From: Cirrosporium novae-zelandiae
Lineage: Eukaryota
Length of the DNA stretch: 64,000 bases
Assembly: GCA_026023565.1 (NCBI GenBank)
Contig: JAPETS010000001.1
Location: 682,001-746,000 of the forward strand
Direction of reading: 5' to 3'
The first letter of the stretch is position 1. Every line of letters starts with the position of its first letter. Below the pieces are notes generated by a model. It did not search any database, had not been told where the DNA came from, and saw nothing but the letters and a program-made list of their open reading frames with translations. A program made the translations under genes and the position numbers. This document shows, in pieces, positions 13,483-24,763 of the stretch.

Positions 13483-14542
13483 TTAAACGGGGGAAAGGGG
13501 AGTGGGTTGAGTGGCGATACATATATAGAGACCGGCGAAAGCTTGCGGCTCTGAGGCAATATCGGGGTACAGTATTTGTGTGAGAAGTGGGAAAATATGA
13601 CGATGTGTCGATACCCTAAGATGTGAAATATGGAACACAGATCATTTACATCTTTATATTTGACTATTAATGAAAAAAATGGAGGGCTTGGTGGTATTTT
13701 AGTTTTGGTGAGGTTCGGGATTACAAAAGCGCCCTATCTACACCTACCCACACGCAGAGTTTTAATTTTAATACACGATTGATTCTGATAGAAAAAACAT
13801 ATTGTGAATTTTACTATCTGAATATATCTATTGCACAGTCAAAAGTTATAATATTAATATTTTTCTAGAATCTGTGGTTTTGAAAGTGTGGGCATGAGCT
13901 ACTGTACTTTTCCACTAACTTCTTTGATTAAAAATTAACTTCGCCTTCTTGCAAATACACAACAGCGAACGGATATATACTTACCTAGCATGCCTAGGTA
14001 CTTTACTCCCTTCCTTAAGTCTGTACGACCATACCTTTCATTAGCCGGATATTAGCATTGCACATTTACAATTATCTCACTGAAAAAAACCAATACAAAC
14101 TAGACCAGTAAGTGGATTAAACTTTCAAGCATCATACGCCTCTACTAGAGCTCTCTCTCAATGTGTTCTTGGGCCTTTTTTGACATAATTCAAATTAGAG
14201 ATATGTGTTGAATGCGTCAAAAGAATATACAATAATACCGTACATGACTGGCCACAGCTACTTCATATTTAACAAGCCGTCTCACTCATTTTCTAAAGTT
14301 AAATACACATCCATATGTATTCTTTTCGCCCTCATCACCGATGCCCTTTCCCTAGCTCTATATGTTTGTCATTGAATAATAATATTGTTTGCGTCATTGC
14401 CTTTGGAAGAAAGGCTCGCGAGTTGTTTTCATTCTAACACTTGGAAGAGAAACCGCTTGCTTCATCGAGATCTCCGAGTAGAGAACTAAATCAATTACTA
14501 ACCGGTTTTTAGGATACTATTGAATTTATACATATACTGTTC

Positions 14543-16230
14543 ATGCCCATGCCAATAAAAATGAACATGGAAGAGCTTCCTCCTTCTACATTACGGCAGC
14601 GTAGACACCCTCGTGATCACGATAACAATCCGGAAAATAGCGACGACGAAAACGCCTTTCCCGCTCCCTTACATGATACCATCTCATACCCCCTCTACCT
14701 TGATCCCTCCACGGCCAAATACCACATCTTCTTCATCCCGGGGAACCCCGGTCTAATATCCTACTACGACACCTTCCTATCCCTCATCTCCGCTCACCTC
14801 AACTCCAACGAACAGCAACAGAAAACCACCCTCTCCCACCCCTTTTCAGTCTACGGGAGATCCCTGGGCGGGTTCGAAGTCAGCGATACCAGCAACAATG
14901 ACATTAAAGAAGATTCTTCATCTAATTCTAATATGATGGTATACAGCTTACAAGAACAAATCGACTTCATGGCCCGGTATATTGGAGAGTATTTTTCAAG
15001 TTTCTTGTCACCAGGCTCTCCTTCCGATACAGAGCTTCCGAAGGTGATCCTGGTAGGCCACTCGGTGGGTGCATTTATCGCATTAGAAATTCTAAGGACA
15101 TGGATGGGGACGCGGAAATACAGTAGTAGCAATAGCAGCAGTAGTAGTGAAGATGATGATAACCTACTGAGGCAATCGTGTCAGATCATAGGTTTTGTAG
15201 GCTTAATGCCCACAGTGATAGACATAGCAAAAAGTAAAAACGGGGTGGCTTTTACTGTGAGTTTTTTTTTGTCTTTTATACAACACAGTATGGCACAACT
15301 CCAAAATATGACCATGTTTCGATGCTTCAGTGTTTCAGTTACCTAAAGACGGGATATTTGAATAGTTTTCTTTTTTCTATTTCTTCTCTTTTACTTAACA
15401 TCCCACACCAATACCAATCCACTCAAACAAACAAACAAACACTAACCAAGCAACCCCCCCCCCTCCCTCATCCAGAAACTCCTAACCCTAAACAACCACC
15501 TACACACCATTCTCCCCTTCCCAACAAAAACAACAACAGCAACACCAACAACCCCCTCAACCCCTCTCCTCACTCTCGCCGCCCTCTCCGCCTCAATCCT
15601 ATCCCGCCTCCTCCCGCACCCCTGGCTACTTGCCCTCGTGAAACGAATCACAGGATTCCCAGACGCTGCGGCGCGGACGACGGTTGCGTTTTTGGAAAGT
15701 GGGAGGGGGAGAGGGGTTAGGCAGGCTTTGTATGTTCTTCCCCTCCCCCCTTTTTTTGGTTTGGTCGGGTGGGTTGATTATGAGAAATACTTATGCTTAT
15801 GTGTTTATTATCATTATGTGACTGTAGGTATATGGCCCGTGACGAAATGGAACAAATCACCCACGAACACTGGACCATCTGCTTACCACTACCCCCATTA
15901 CCATCACCATCCCCACCATCACCCACCCAGCCACCAACGATACCCATGTCCTTCCTCTTCACCCCCCATGACCCCTGGATCCCCTCTCCCATCCCCCCGC
16001 TCGACGTAATCGAAGATGCAATCTACGGTCTAAAAAATAGAAATATAGATGATAATGGGGAGATGATGGATGGGGAGAAGGTGAAAAAAGCAAAGGTTGT
16101 GGTGTTGGATGAAGGGGGGGGGGTGAAACATAGTTTTTGTGTTGGGATGGAGGGGTGTGAGATTGTTGTGGGGGTTTTGGGCGGGTTGGTTGAGGGGATG
16201 GTGGAGGAGGGGGGGTGGGGTGGAGAGTAG
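14543..16230 (+). CDS. Lipid-droplet-associated serine hydrolase (LDAH/YPR147C-like alpha/beta hydrolase)
   Basis: FFIPGNPGLISYY, YSLQEQI, catalytic GHSVG, LYMARDEM and terminal HSFC motifs. Introns 15257-15475 and 15730-15827. Confidence 0.85.
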
Positions 16231-16913
16231 GGTGGAAAATAGATGGGATAGATGGATGATGTAGATAGAGCCTCTAGCTGTTGGGTATGATAGAATGATG
16301 AATGAATGGATGGATGATTTATACAACCCAACTAGTTAATCATAATGCCAGAACCTTTTTTTCCTTTTTTTTTCCATTAAAAACCACATAACATAAAAAT
16401 ATAGAATTTAAAAATCCATACTAAAAGGTAACATGTACAACTAGCGGGTATCGTTAAAAAAAAAACCTAAAAAAAGGCATCCCCCATCCCATTGTTTCAT
16501 CTCGTTTTCCATTTCCATTTCCATTTCGATCCCTTATCCCCATCCCCATCCATGGCTATGAATGAATGAAAAAAAAAATTGACGTCGTTCAGGTAGGTAG
16601 GTGTGCTTGGAATACTTGTTTCATTTTGTTTTGTTCGTTTGTTTTTAATCGATAAAAGGGAAAAGGGTTATGTGTGTTTGTGGTATGCCGCCCTTTGTGA
16701 TGGTTGGTTTCTGTGCCCTAGAGTAAGGGACCTTTTTGGATGTTGAGGTGTGAAGTTTCCTTGGGTGGTTGGCGCGGTTTCATTCGGAGGTGGGGTGGTA
16801 GTGGTGATGATGATGATTTAGGTTTTTGATGTTAGGGTGTGAACATCCCACAACGCGTCCAAACTAGTCACCAAATGGTTTGTAACAAGATAATCTTAAC
16901 ACACATACGAAAA

Positions 16914-17963
16914 TTACGTCGGGGTAATTCCTCTCGGCCCAAATGGAGTTCCCCTTCGGCTTTTCTCCTCTGCCTTTCGGAACAGACTATTGAGGATGTC
17001 GTTGCCAGCTTGTGTTTGAAGAGGGTAATTTGTAACCAAGGGTTGTTGTTGCTGGTGCTGGTGCTGCTGCATGAGCTGAGGTTGACGTGCCCCTGGATAG
17101 TACTGCTGCATCCGAAGTTGCTGTTCATGGATCTGCTGATCCATCATTTGGTGGTTGAAATGTTGTTGCTGTTGCTGAGAGTGGATTTGATCTGGGGGTC
17201 CTGGCGGCAGCGCGGCTGGAAGCTGAGACGGGAGCTGAGATATATGGCTCACTTGGGGGGAGTGGCTCTTGATGCTCCACGCATCATCTTCTTCGCGCTG
17301 TTTACCGAGCATTTCACGGATGGAGAGCGTGCGGACCATCTGCGGGGCACCACCTGCGCCACCTTCCGCTTGCACTGATATCGGGGATCCGTACCGGTGA
17401 ATGGCATTTGCAAGTTGCTGCTGGCGTTCTCGTTCTTCGATTGCGAGTCTGCTAGCTTCGGCCCTCTCGGCACACTCTTTGATGGCTTGTGAATTTATCT
17501 CCCTGGTTTTTGCTGTTGATTTTTCTGGATCCGAGAATATCCATATCCCCATGGCGGACTGCCCATCCTGCAAAATCACATAATCGTCTGTGATTTCGAC
17601 CTCCTTCCCCTTCCCCGCTAGATTGTAGGAAAAATTATCTAGACCACGTCTATTCAATACTACTACGCAGTAGCGTTCCGAGCCCGTAGTGGGATCGGCG
17701 GCTTGGGCGCATACGAACAGCGTGCCTTCAATGTCGACTTTTTCCCAGGAAGAATGTGTAATGTTGAATTTATATATCACAGCAAAGGGGGCTATGGAGA
17801 GGATGGTGGTTATATCAGGGAAGTGTCGGAGAAGGACAGAGAGGTTGAGATCGGCGTTTGTTCGTAAAGGTACGGAATTGGGGGGCGGGACATCAGATTC
17901 GTAGTCTGAGTGAAAGACTTGCTGTTGGGGCCGAGGCCGGTTATTGCGACGGCCAGATGGCAT
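16914..17963 (-). CDS. DCP1: mRNA decapping enzyme subunit Dcp1 (EVH1-like domain plus Q-rich tail)
   Basis: LNLSVLLRH, WEKVDIEGTLFV, VVVLNRRGLDNF and GIWIF motifs. Intronless 349-aa ORF. Confidence 0.92.
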   Translation of the reverse strand: MPSGRRNNRPRPQQQVFHSDYESDVPPPNSVPLRTNADLNLSVLLRHFPDITTILSIAPFAVIYKFNITHSSWEKVDIEGTLFVCAQAADPTTGSERYCVVVLNRRGLDNFSYNLAGKGKEVEITDDYVILQDGQSAMGIWIFSDPEKSTAKTREINSQAIKECAERAEASRLAIEERERQQQLANAIHRYGSPISVQAEGGAGGAPQMVRTLSIREMLGKQREEDDAWSIKSHSPQVSHISQLPSQLPAALPPGPPDQIHSQQQQQHFNHQMMDQQIHEQQLRMQQYYPGARQPQLMQQHQHQQQQPLVTNYPLQTQAGNDILNSLFRKAEEKSRRGTPFGPRGITPT

Positions 17964-18415
17964 TATTGATGCAAGAGAAGATATTTATTTTAGTCGACGT
18001 CAGGCTGATGTAGAGGTTCAATGTTGGAGTTGAAGGTTGGGAAGCATTCGGCCAAGATCTGGACTACTGTAGAGCTAACCGAGGAAACAACTGCAGCCCT
18101 ACAACAAGGATCAATCAATTACGTAGCAGATCCCTGCCCGCTAGCAAGTGCCTCTTAACGGTGAATGATCCCCATGCCTTGCAAGCTCAAGTTCAGTTTC
18201 TATAGTTATGATTATTAATTTGATTGTTGTTATAACTTCTTGCCCATCCCACATTACATGATACATCTAAGTTACTACTTGAGTTGCTGACGTCATCTTC
18301 CATATACCACCCTCGAGACCACGCAGTTGCAGGCCTCCAGCATGAGAACAATCGCAAACTGCCCTCGTATACACCGCAAACCTAAAAGAAGATGAAAGCA
18401 TAGAATAGGTCAACA

Positions 18416-21400
18416 ATGTCTTCCCGAATGAGCTCTGAAGATGTACAACAAGACACCCAATCCAAAGTCCCCCCTAGGACCTTTCCCACCGACGACCAAC
18501 TCAGCCTTGAGACTACTCCGCAATCACTCTCTCAGGCTCTCTATGCTAGACGTGCCGAATACCTGGTTCAAAAGCAAATACGTATAAGAATAGGCTCGTG
18601 GAATGTTGGCTCACTTCCTGGAACAGAGGATGAGCTTGCGAAATGGTTCGTTCAAGGAGGTGGAATAGTTGAGGGGTTGGCTGGAATAGCCCTGGAAGAT
18701 GACAAGATCAAAGAGGTTCAGAAGGATTCGCCAGAGAGTATTTATGTGCCTCCTGTTTCGTTACCTAAGGACGAGGAGGTGGGTCTTTATGTTCTTGGTC
18801 TGCAAGAAGTCGTCGACGTGACGTCCATGCAGGAAGCCCTACGGGTTTCCCCAGCAAGCGGCATATCCGATAAATGGAAAGAGGCGGCGGAAAGTGCAAT
18901 GCCCCCAGGATATCAACTCGTTGCAGAGCAGCAGCTTGTTGGTCTTCTGATCCTTATCTATGCATCCCCCTCGATCGCCCCCACAGTGTCTTCTGTAAGT
19001 ACCACTAGCGTCGGCACAGGGTTCCTGGGATATCTAGGGAACAAAGGTGCAGTTCTGACTCGATTGGTCCTTGGTGAGACTACAAGACTTGTCTTCGTCA
19101 ATTGCCATCTGACTGCTGGTGCGCAAAATGCGGATATGGAACGCCGGAACTGGGATATTTCGCAGACTATTAGTAGAGCTAGGTTTCAGCCTATTAAAGA
19201 CGAATCAGGGGCTCATGAAGGGTTTGGTGAGAACCTGGGGGATGAAGACTTTGCTTTTTTGTTTGGAGATCTGAACTACAGGGTCGATACTCTTCCAGGA
19301 GATGATGTGAGAAGGCTATTGAGTCTACATACGAGGAATGAATATAATATCCTCAGGTTATCAGAGCAGAATTCCGAGGATGCTGTGTCAAAGAGGCCAT
19401 CCTCGGAAGTCAGTCGCGATGAAAAAACTAGTCCGTCGCCATCGGAGGATTCTTCTGGTGTCGGAAATCGCTTGTCTACCACAACTGAAAGCTCCAGAAC
19501 GGCTTATACTGCAGACTTAGAAGTACTAGCTCCCGAAAGTGACCCGGCTTCTCTTCAAACTACGATAACGTCACTGCTACCCCATGACCAGCTTCATAAA
19601 CAGATGCACCGCCGCAAGGCCCTACATGACGGTTGGCGGGAAGGTAAAATTGATTTTCTTCCGACATACAAGTATGATGTAGGTACTATCAGCATGTTCG
19701 ATTCAAGTGAAAAACGAAGATGCCCGAGCTGGTGTGATCGAATCCTTTTCCGAACAAGAAGGGATAAACTAGATTATGAACAAAAGATAAAAGAAGAGGA
19801 GGAAAACCGAAAAAATGATGAAGAGATGAAGGCTCAGGGTCTAGAAGAAACAGCTTTTGATGATAATATATTATTTGAATATGATCCTGAGACTGATGGG
19901 ACCAATAAGGATGATGATTATAATGAGGACGAGGATGCTGAAAGTGACTGGGAACCTGCTGTTACAAGGGAGAGTGCTGATGATAAGATCAAGTTGGAGT
20001 ATTATACTTCTCATCAAAAGGTCCTTTCTTCAGATCATAAGCCCTTGAGTGCTGCATTTCTCCTGAATTATGATGCCGTTGATCCCGAAAAGAAAGCCAA
20101 AATCCACCAAGAAGTTGCTCGAGATCTTGACAGAGCAGAGAATGAAGGAAGACCTGTCATAACAATTGTTATTGATCCCAATACTGCTGAATCGGGTGGG
20201 GGTGAGGCTCAAGAAAGTGAGGTCTTCGAAGGAGTCGATTTAGGGATAGTTTCTTATCTCTTCACCAAAACTCGGAGTATGACAATAGCAAATACCGGCA
20301 GCGTGCGTGCATGTTTCGGCTTCATTGATAGACCAGTACCTGCTGGCGAAAGGGGTGGAGTATCACCCTCGTGGCTGTCGATAAATTTCGATCGCTCTAG
20401 TGATAATGACAATTTAAATACTGGGGCTCTTCGTGAATATACTATGGAACCTGGAGATACTGTCAATGTTGAGCTTTGCGCTACCATCGAGGATATTGAA
20501 ATGGTCCGTGGTCTTAACGAAGGAAAGTTGAAAATAGAAGATGTCCTAGTACTCCGGGTTCAAAATGGACGAGATCACTTTGTACCTATTCGAGGAAGAT
20601 GGCTGCCGACATCGTTTGGGCAATCTCTAGACAGCCTCCTTCGCCTTCCAGAAGGCGGTGTAAGGCAAGCACACCAGAAATCACCGAATAAAGATCCAGG
20701 GCCTAAGAACTCAGCACCAAGAGAACTATTCCGGTTAACTGAAGCCATTGAGGAACTTACAGAAAGAGCTGTCGCTGAATGGGAGATGACACATGAAAAC
20801 ATAAAACCTCCTTGGGTAGAACATACCGGATGGCCTTTTGAACCTGCAAGCTGGATACTCGCTAACCCAAGCGAAAGGGCGCATCTAACTCAGATTGTCA
20901 GAGACGCTCTTGATGAAGGCAAACCCTTCAACCAAGCATTTCCTTCCGAAACATCATCACTATACCGAGTAGAAGTTCTAGCCGAAACATTGGTCCTCTT
21001 TATCCAGAGTCTCCAGGATGGTGTCATCACGGAAGTTATCTGGGAAGAGCTTGAGAAAGGGGTACAAGCTCGTGAAAAGGGAAAAAGGCCTCTCAACGTC
21101 GAAGAAGAGCAAGAATGGATCCTCGACGTCCTATCCAAATATCCGGCCCGTAGTGTCTCCTTCACCTTCCTCACTTTTATGCTCACGCGCGTGGCCAACG
21201 AAGTCGCACCCTTACACCCAATCCCGACCATGTCTCCACGCAACCCGACGACGATGTCCAAGACAGGCAAAGCGAACACATTGAGCCAAGACCCAGCCAG
21301 AGCAAGGAGACAGCTAGTTGAAAATTCATTCGCTAGTATATTTTCGAGCATAGTGATCCGAGCGCCGTTGGCACCTCGAGAGAAGGAGAAAAGGGCGAGC

Positions 21401-21460
21401 GAGCAAAGGCGGAAAGAGGTTCTAGAGGTATTCCTGACGGCGAAATGGGGCACGAATTGA
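18416..21460 (+). CDS. Inositol polyphosphate 5-phosphatase, OCRL/INPP5B-like
   Basis: GSWNV, LGLQE, GNKGAV, FVNCHL, FGDLNYR, PTYKYD, PSWCDRIL and SDHKP motifs, followed by ASH-like and RhoGAP-like segments. Intronless 1014 aa. Confidence 0.92.
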   Translation: MSSRMSSEDVQQDTQSKVPPRTFPTDDQLSLETTPQSLSQALYARRAEYLVQKQIRIRIGSWNVGSLPGTEDELAKWFVQGGGIVEGLAGIALEDDKIKEVQKDSPESIYVPPVSLPKDEEVGLYVLGLQEVVDVTSMQEALRVSPASGISDKWKEAAESAMPPGYQLVAEQQLVGLLILIYASPSIAPTVSSVSTTSVGTGFLGYLGNKGAVLTRLVLGETTRLVFVNCHLTAGAQNADMERRNWDISQTISRARFQPIKDESGAHEGFGENLGDEDFAFLFGDLNYRVDTLPGDDVRRLLSLHTRNEYNILRLSEQNSEDAVSKRPSSEVSRDEKTSPSPSEDSSGVGNRLSTTTESSRTAYTADLEVLAPESDPASLQTTITSLLPHDQLHKQMHRRKALHDGWREGKIDFLPTYKYDVGTISMFDSSEKRRCPSWCDRILFRTRRDKLDYEQKIKEEEENRKNDEEMKAQGLEETAFDDNILFEYDPETDGTNKDDDYNEDEDAESDWEPAVTRESADDKIKLEYYTSHQKVLSSDHKPLSAAFLLNYDAVDPEKKAKIHQEVARDLDRAENEGRPVITIVIDPNTAESGGGEAQESEVFEGVDLGIVSYLFTKTRSMTIANTGSVRACFGFIDRPVPAGERGGVSPSWLSINFDRSSDNDNLNTGALREYTMEPGDTVNVELCATIEDIEMVRGLNEGKLKIEDVLVLRVQNGRDHFVPIRGRWLPTSFGQSLDSLLRLPEGGVRQAHQKSPNKDPGPKNSAPRELFRLTEAIEELTERAVAEWEMTHENIKPPWVEHTGWPFEPASWILANPSERAHLTQIVRDALDEGKPFNQAFPSETSSLYRVEVLAETLVLFIQSLQDGVITEVIWEELEKGVQAREKGKRPLNVEEEQEWILDVLSKYPARSVSFTFLTFMLTRVANEVAPLHPIPTMSPRNPTTMSKTGKANTLSQDPARARRQLVENSFASIFSSIVIRAPLAPREKEKRASEQRRKEVLEVFLTAKWGTN

Positions 21461-22015
21461 ATAATTAACTGGGCTGGCGAGGTATGGGATTTGTTGTTTT
21501 TCTTAAGGAATCCAGGGATATGAGGATAGGATAGCAAGCGATGATACTTTTTTGGGACCACAGCACATAGAGATATAAATTTGATATTGGTCTCTTTGCT
21601 GCCTGTTTGTTTGTTAAGGCAGTGAGTGGATCTCGCATTTGCTTGATGAAAGTTTGGGAAATGCTAATGACCGAAAACGTGCGTTAAAGTGAAGGTACTA
21701 TCTATGATCATGGTCATGGTTATGATCATATATATAATTCAGAGTGGGCATGCATGTTACCTTGAATAATAAATATATATAGAATTTAGAATATCCCTTC
21801 CATCAAACAGAAATTAAAAAAAAACCCCCATATAAATAATACATACAGTAATAAAAAGGATCCAAGATTTGAGCCAATCTTTTATATTCATGGATGGGCC
21901 TGCCTGTGGGAAGTAGATAGATGCCATTATAGATATTGGGTGTGTGCATTAAAAAAAAATCAAATCTGATTGATATGATACATATATATATACAACAGTT
22001 CACCAGAGGCCCAAT

Positions 22016-22038
22016 TAATCAATCAATCAATCAATCAA
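22016..22038. repeat. (AATC)n microsatellite; (AAAAG)n nearby at about 22515-22541
   Basis: Simple repeats visible directly in the AT-rich intergenic region. Confidence 0.85.
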
Positions 22039-23449
22039 TAGTGAGCTATTATTCTTTAACGACGCAAATGGAATATGTGAAAAGTGTATAGATTTAGATA
22101 TATGTTCTTGGTTTTTTGAAGGATTTTCGACGTCCGCTATTGTTTATCCTTTCTAAAGGTGCTAATAGCTGGAGGATAATTAAACAATTTGTTATAGATG
22201 AATGAATTAGGGATGATGATAATGATCCTATCTACCTAGGTACCTAGTTATTTATCTATTATATGAAGGGTGGGGAGAAGGAGGGCTCTCTCGTTTCTCA
22301 CATGAAAAAAATAGACAAACAGAAAAAAATGTCTAGTAACCTCGATATTTTTTTTTTATTAAATTTGAGTAGTTACCTAGGTAGTTGATTGTGATGATTT
22401 CACCCGGAAATGGGGTTTGTTTTAGCTAGAGAATAGAATGGGATGAATAGATAACATATCTAATTATTCGCGCCAATGATTTTGATTTCTAATAAACCGA
22501 CGGGCCTTCTTGAAAGAAAAGAAAAGAAAAGAAAAGAAAAAGATTATCTGAAGATGAAAAGTAAGGACGAAAGGTAATCTCCCTACGTGTACTTGGTAAT
22601 AATTGTGATAAAAGTAAGTAGTAAATATGATATGGTAATCCTCTCTCCGTCACCCCCAGACCCCTCTCTGACGCACACTAAGAAGGTAAGCTTAAAAAAT
22701 AATCCGCCAATAATAAAGGATGACTTGTAGATCTTTTATTGCCTAAATTGGTTAAGATAGCTTTTTTTCGGAAACGTACACTTCCGGGTTGAGGTGGAGA
22801 TCCGGATTCGGAAATGATGGCTTGAAAAAAGCTTTTGGGTTTTTTTTGACTTTTAACAGCATCATTCCTGGTTTTTGTTGGTTTGTTGTGTGTTTTTTGT
22901 AAGTCTAGTCTTTTTGCATGGATTCTAATTTCTTTTTTTTGGATTTTGGATTTTGGTGATGGTAGTGAAGTTACTATCTAAGATACTTCGTCCTTAGAAT
23001 AGTTTCTTGTGCGCCTTGGTTTGTTTTGTTTGAATACTGGTAGGGGATGAGGGGGAGGGAAATGTTTTCTTTGTAGTTGATTACTGCTCTGAAATATGGC
23101 CGGGTTTTGCTATATTGCCAATCAAGAGACGGCAATTGCAATTACCCTCAAGGAAACCTGGCGAACAAAGCTTCTTGGTTCTCTCTCATAGAACCTGTTC
23201 TCGGATAGGGAAACATCCGCTATTCAACTAGTTTGTTCTCCTAGATGATGATGATGATAATGATGATCGTCTGTAGTCTTTGTTCGTAGTGTATGTTGAT
23301 AGCTTTGAGTATGTTTGTAGGATGGGACGGTGGACAAGAAGGGGGTTCCTCCCTAATAAATATGTCCTTGTCTGTCCCTCGTCGAATCCGTGCCTCTGCA
23401 TCTCATCTCAAGTATATTCAAGAATCATAAGAGGTCCTATATCTTCACC

Positions 23450-24495
23450 ATGAAGTCTTCTACCTTCTTTTCGGCGGCAGTTGTTGCCACAATGGCATTG
23501 GCACAACGCCCATCCAATATTTCTATGTGTGATTATTATACCACCGCCCTCCTCAAGAACAACACCGCCGAGAACCAGTATACTCTTCTCACGCTTGTTG
23601 TTAACACTGCTGTGATTGGCAATTATACTATGCCAAATGTTGGTATCGCTGTACCCGGTATTCTCGCAAAGGGAATGTACAACGGTACAGAGGTCAATCT
23701 CCTTCCGTACTTTAATGGAGGCCTAGCGTCATCGAACCGTGGCAACAGCAAGGGCGTTGCCATCAACTTCCTCGATGGAGGCGGTGCCGAACCTTTAATG
23801 ATGAACAAGCCCGCAAATGACATCACATCACATCAATTGTAAGTTTACCGCTCAACATTACGCAGGCTTTTGGAATCGTATCTAACAGACTTTAGTAAAC
23901 TCCTCACTCATTTGTATCAATACTTCGGATATCTTCTCGGCTGTAGTATGTACGGAGGGATGGGTTTCCCCAGTTATATGGGGCACGGGAGCCAGGGCCA
24001 GGTCCATAAGTAAGCAATCCTCTACATGTATTATCTAGAAAACGTCATCATACTAATTCACTTAGATTCATGGCCCTTGACCCTTTCCAGGTTGGGTATT
24101 TTATCACACAAGTTGGCCTTTCTGCTGCTTCCTTTGGCGTAACCGATGAGGACGTTATGACTGTTGGTACAGCCCTGGCCAAGATTTTCGATGTTCGTTG
24201 TGCTCCCAACACTACCGTGATTCCTGAGCAGGGACCACAACCCCAATCTATCTGTCAGGATGAGAGCTGCCCTCTTAGTCCCAATGATACATGCGCAGCA
24301 TATATGCCTGAACCTGAACCAGTGGCAGTCAATGCTACACTTGCCATGGGAGAGGGGAGGAACGTTACTAATGCCACTAGCACGATAATGAACCCTAGCT
24401 CTTCGAGTATGATCCCATCCACAGGCGCTGGAAGTTTGATGACACAATCTATGGGACTACTGGGATCTATCGTCTTGTTAGCTTTAGCTCTATGA
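23450..24495 (+). CDS. Secreted, probably GPI-anchored protein with a truncated-globin-like core
   Basis: Signal peptide MKSSTFFSAAVVATMALA. Exons 23450-23838, 23896-24009 and 24066-24495 splice in frame. Six Cys, several N-glycosylation sequons, S/T stalk and hydrophobic C-terminus. The gene model is solid; the globin call is by-eye alignment. Confidence 0.85.
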
Positions 24496-24763
24496 TTATG
24501 TTAGTTGTCAGTGGCCTAATGTATAGGAAATGTAAAATATGAGCGATACATTCCATAATTTAATGTTATTAATAACAATTTAGGGCAATCCATACCATTC
24601 TGTTCATAATTGTATTGCAACACCTCGGTGCACAACCCTCGTCTCACTATTATAAATATGAGAGCAGACTAATGATGTTAAGTAATGTGTAAACTCATGA
24701 TAGAAATATCTCGTTCGTTGGCTTATTGGCTATGTTACACGCTCGATATTTAAGTATACAATA

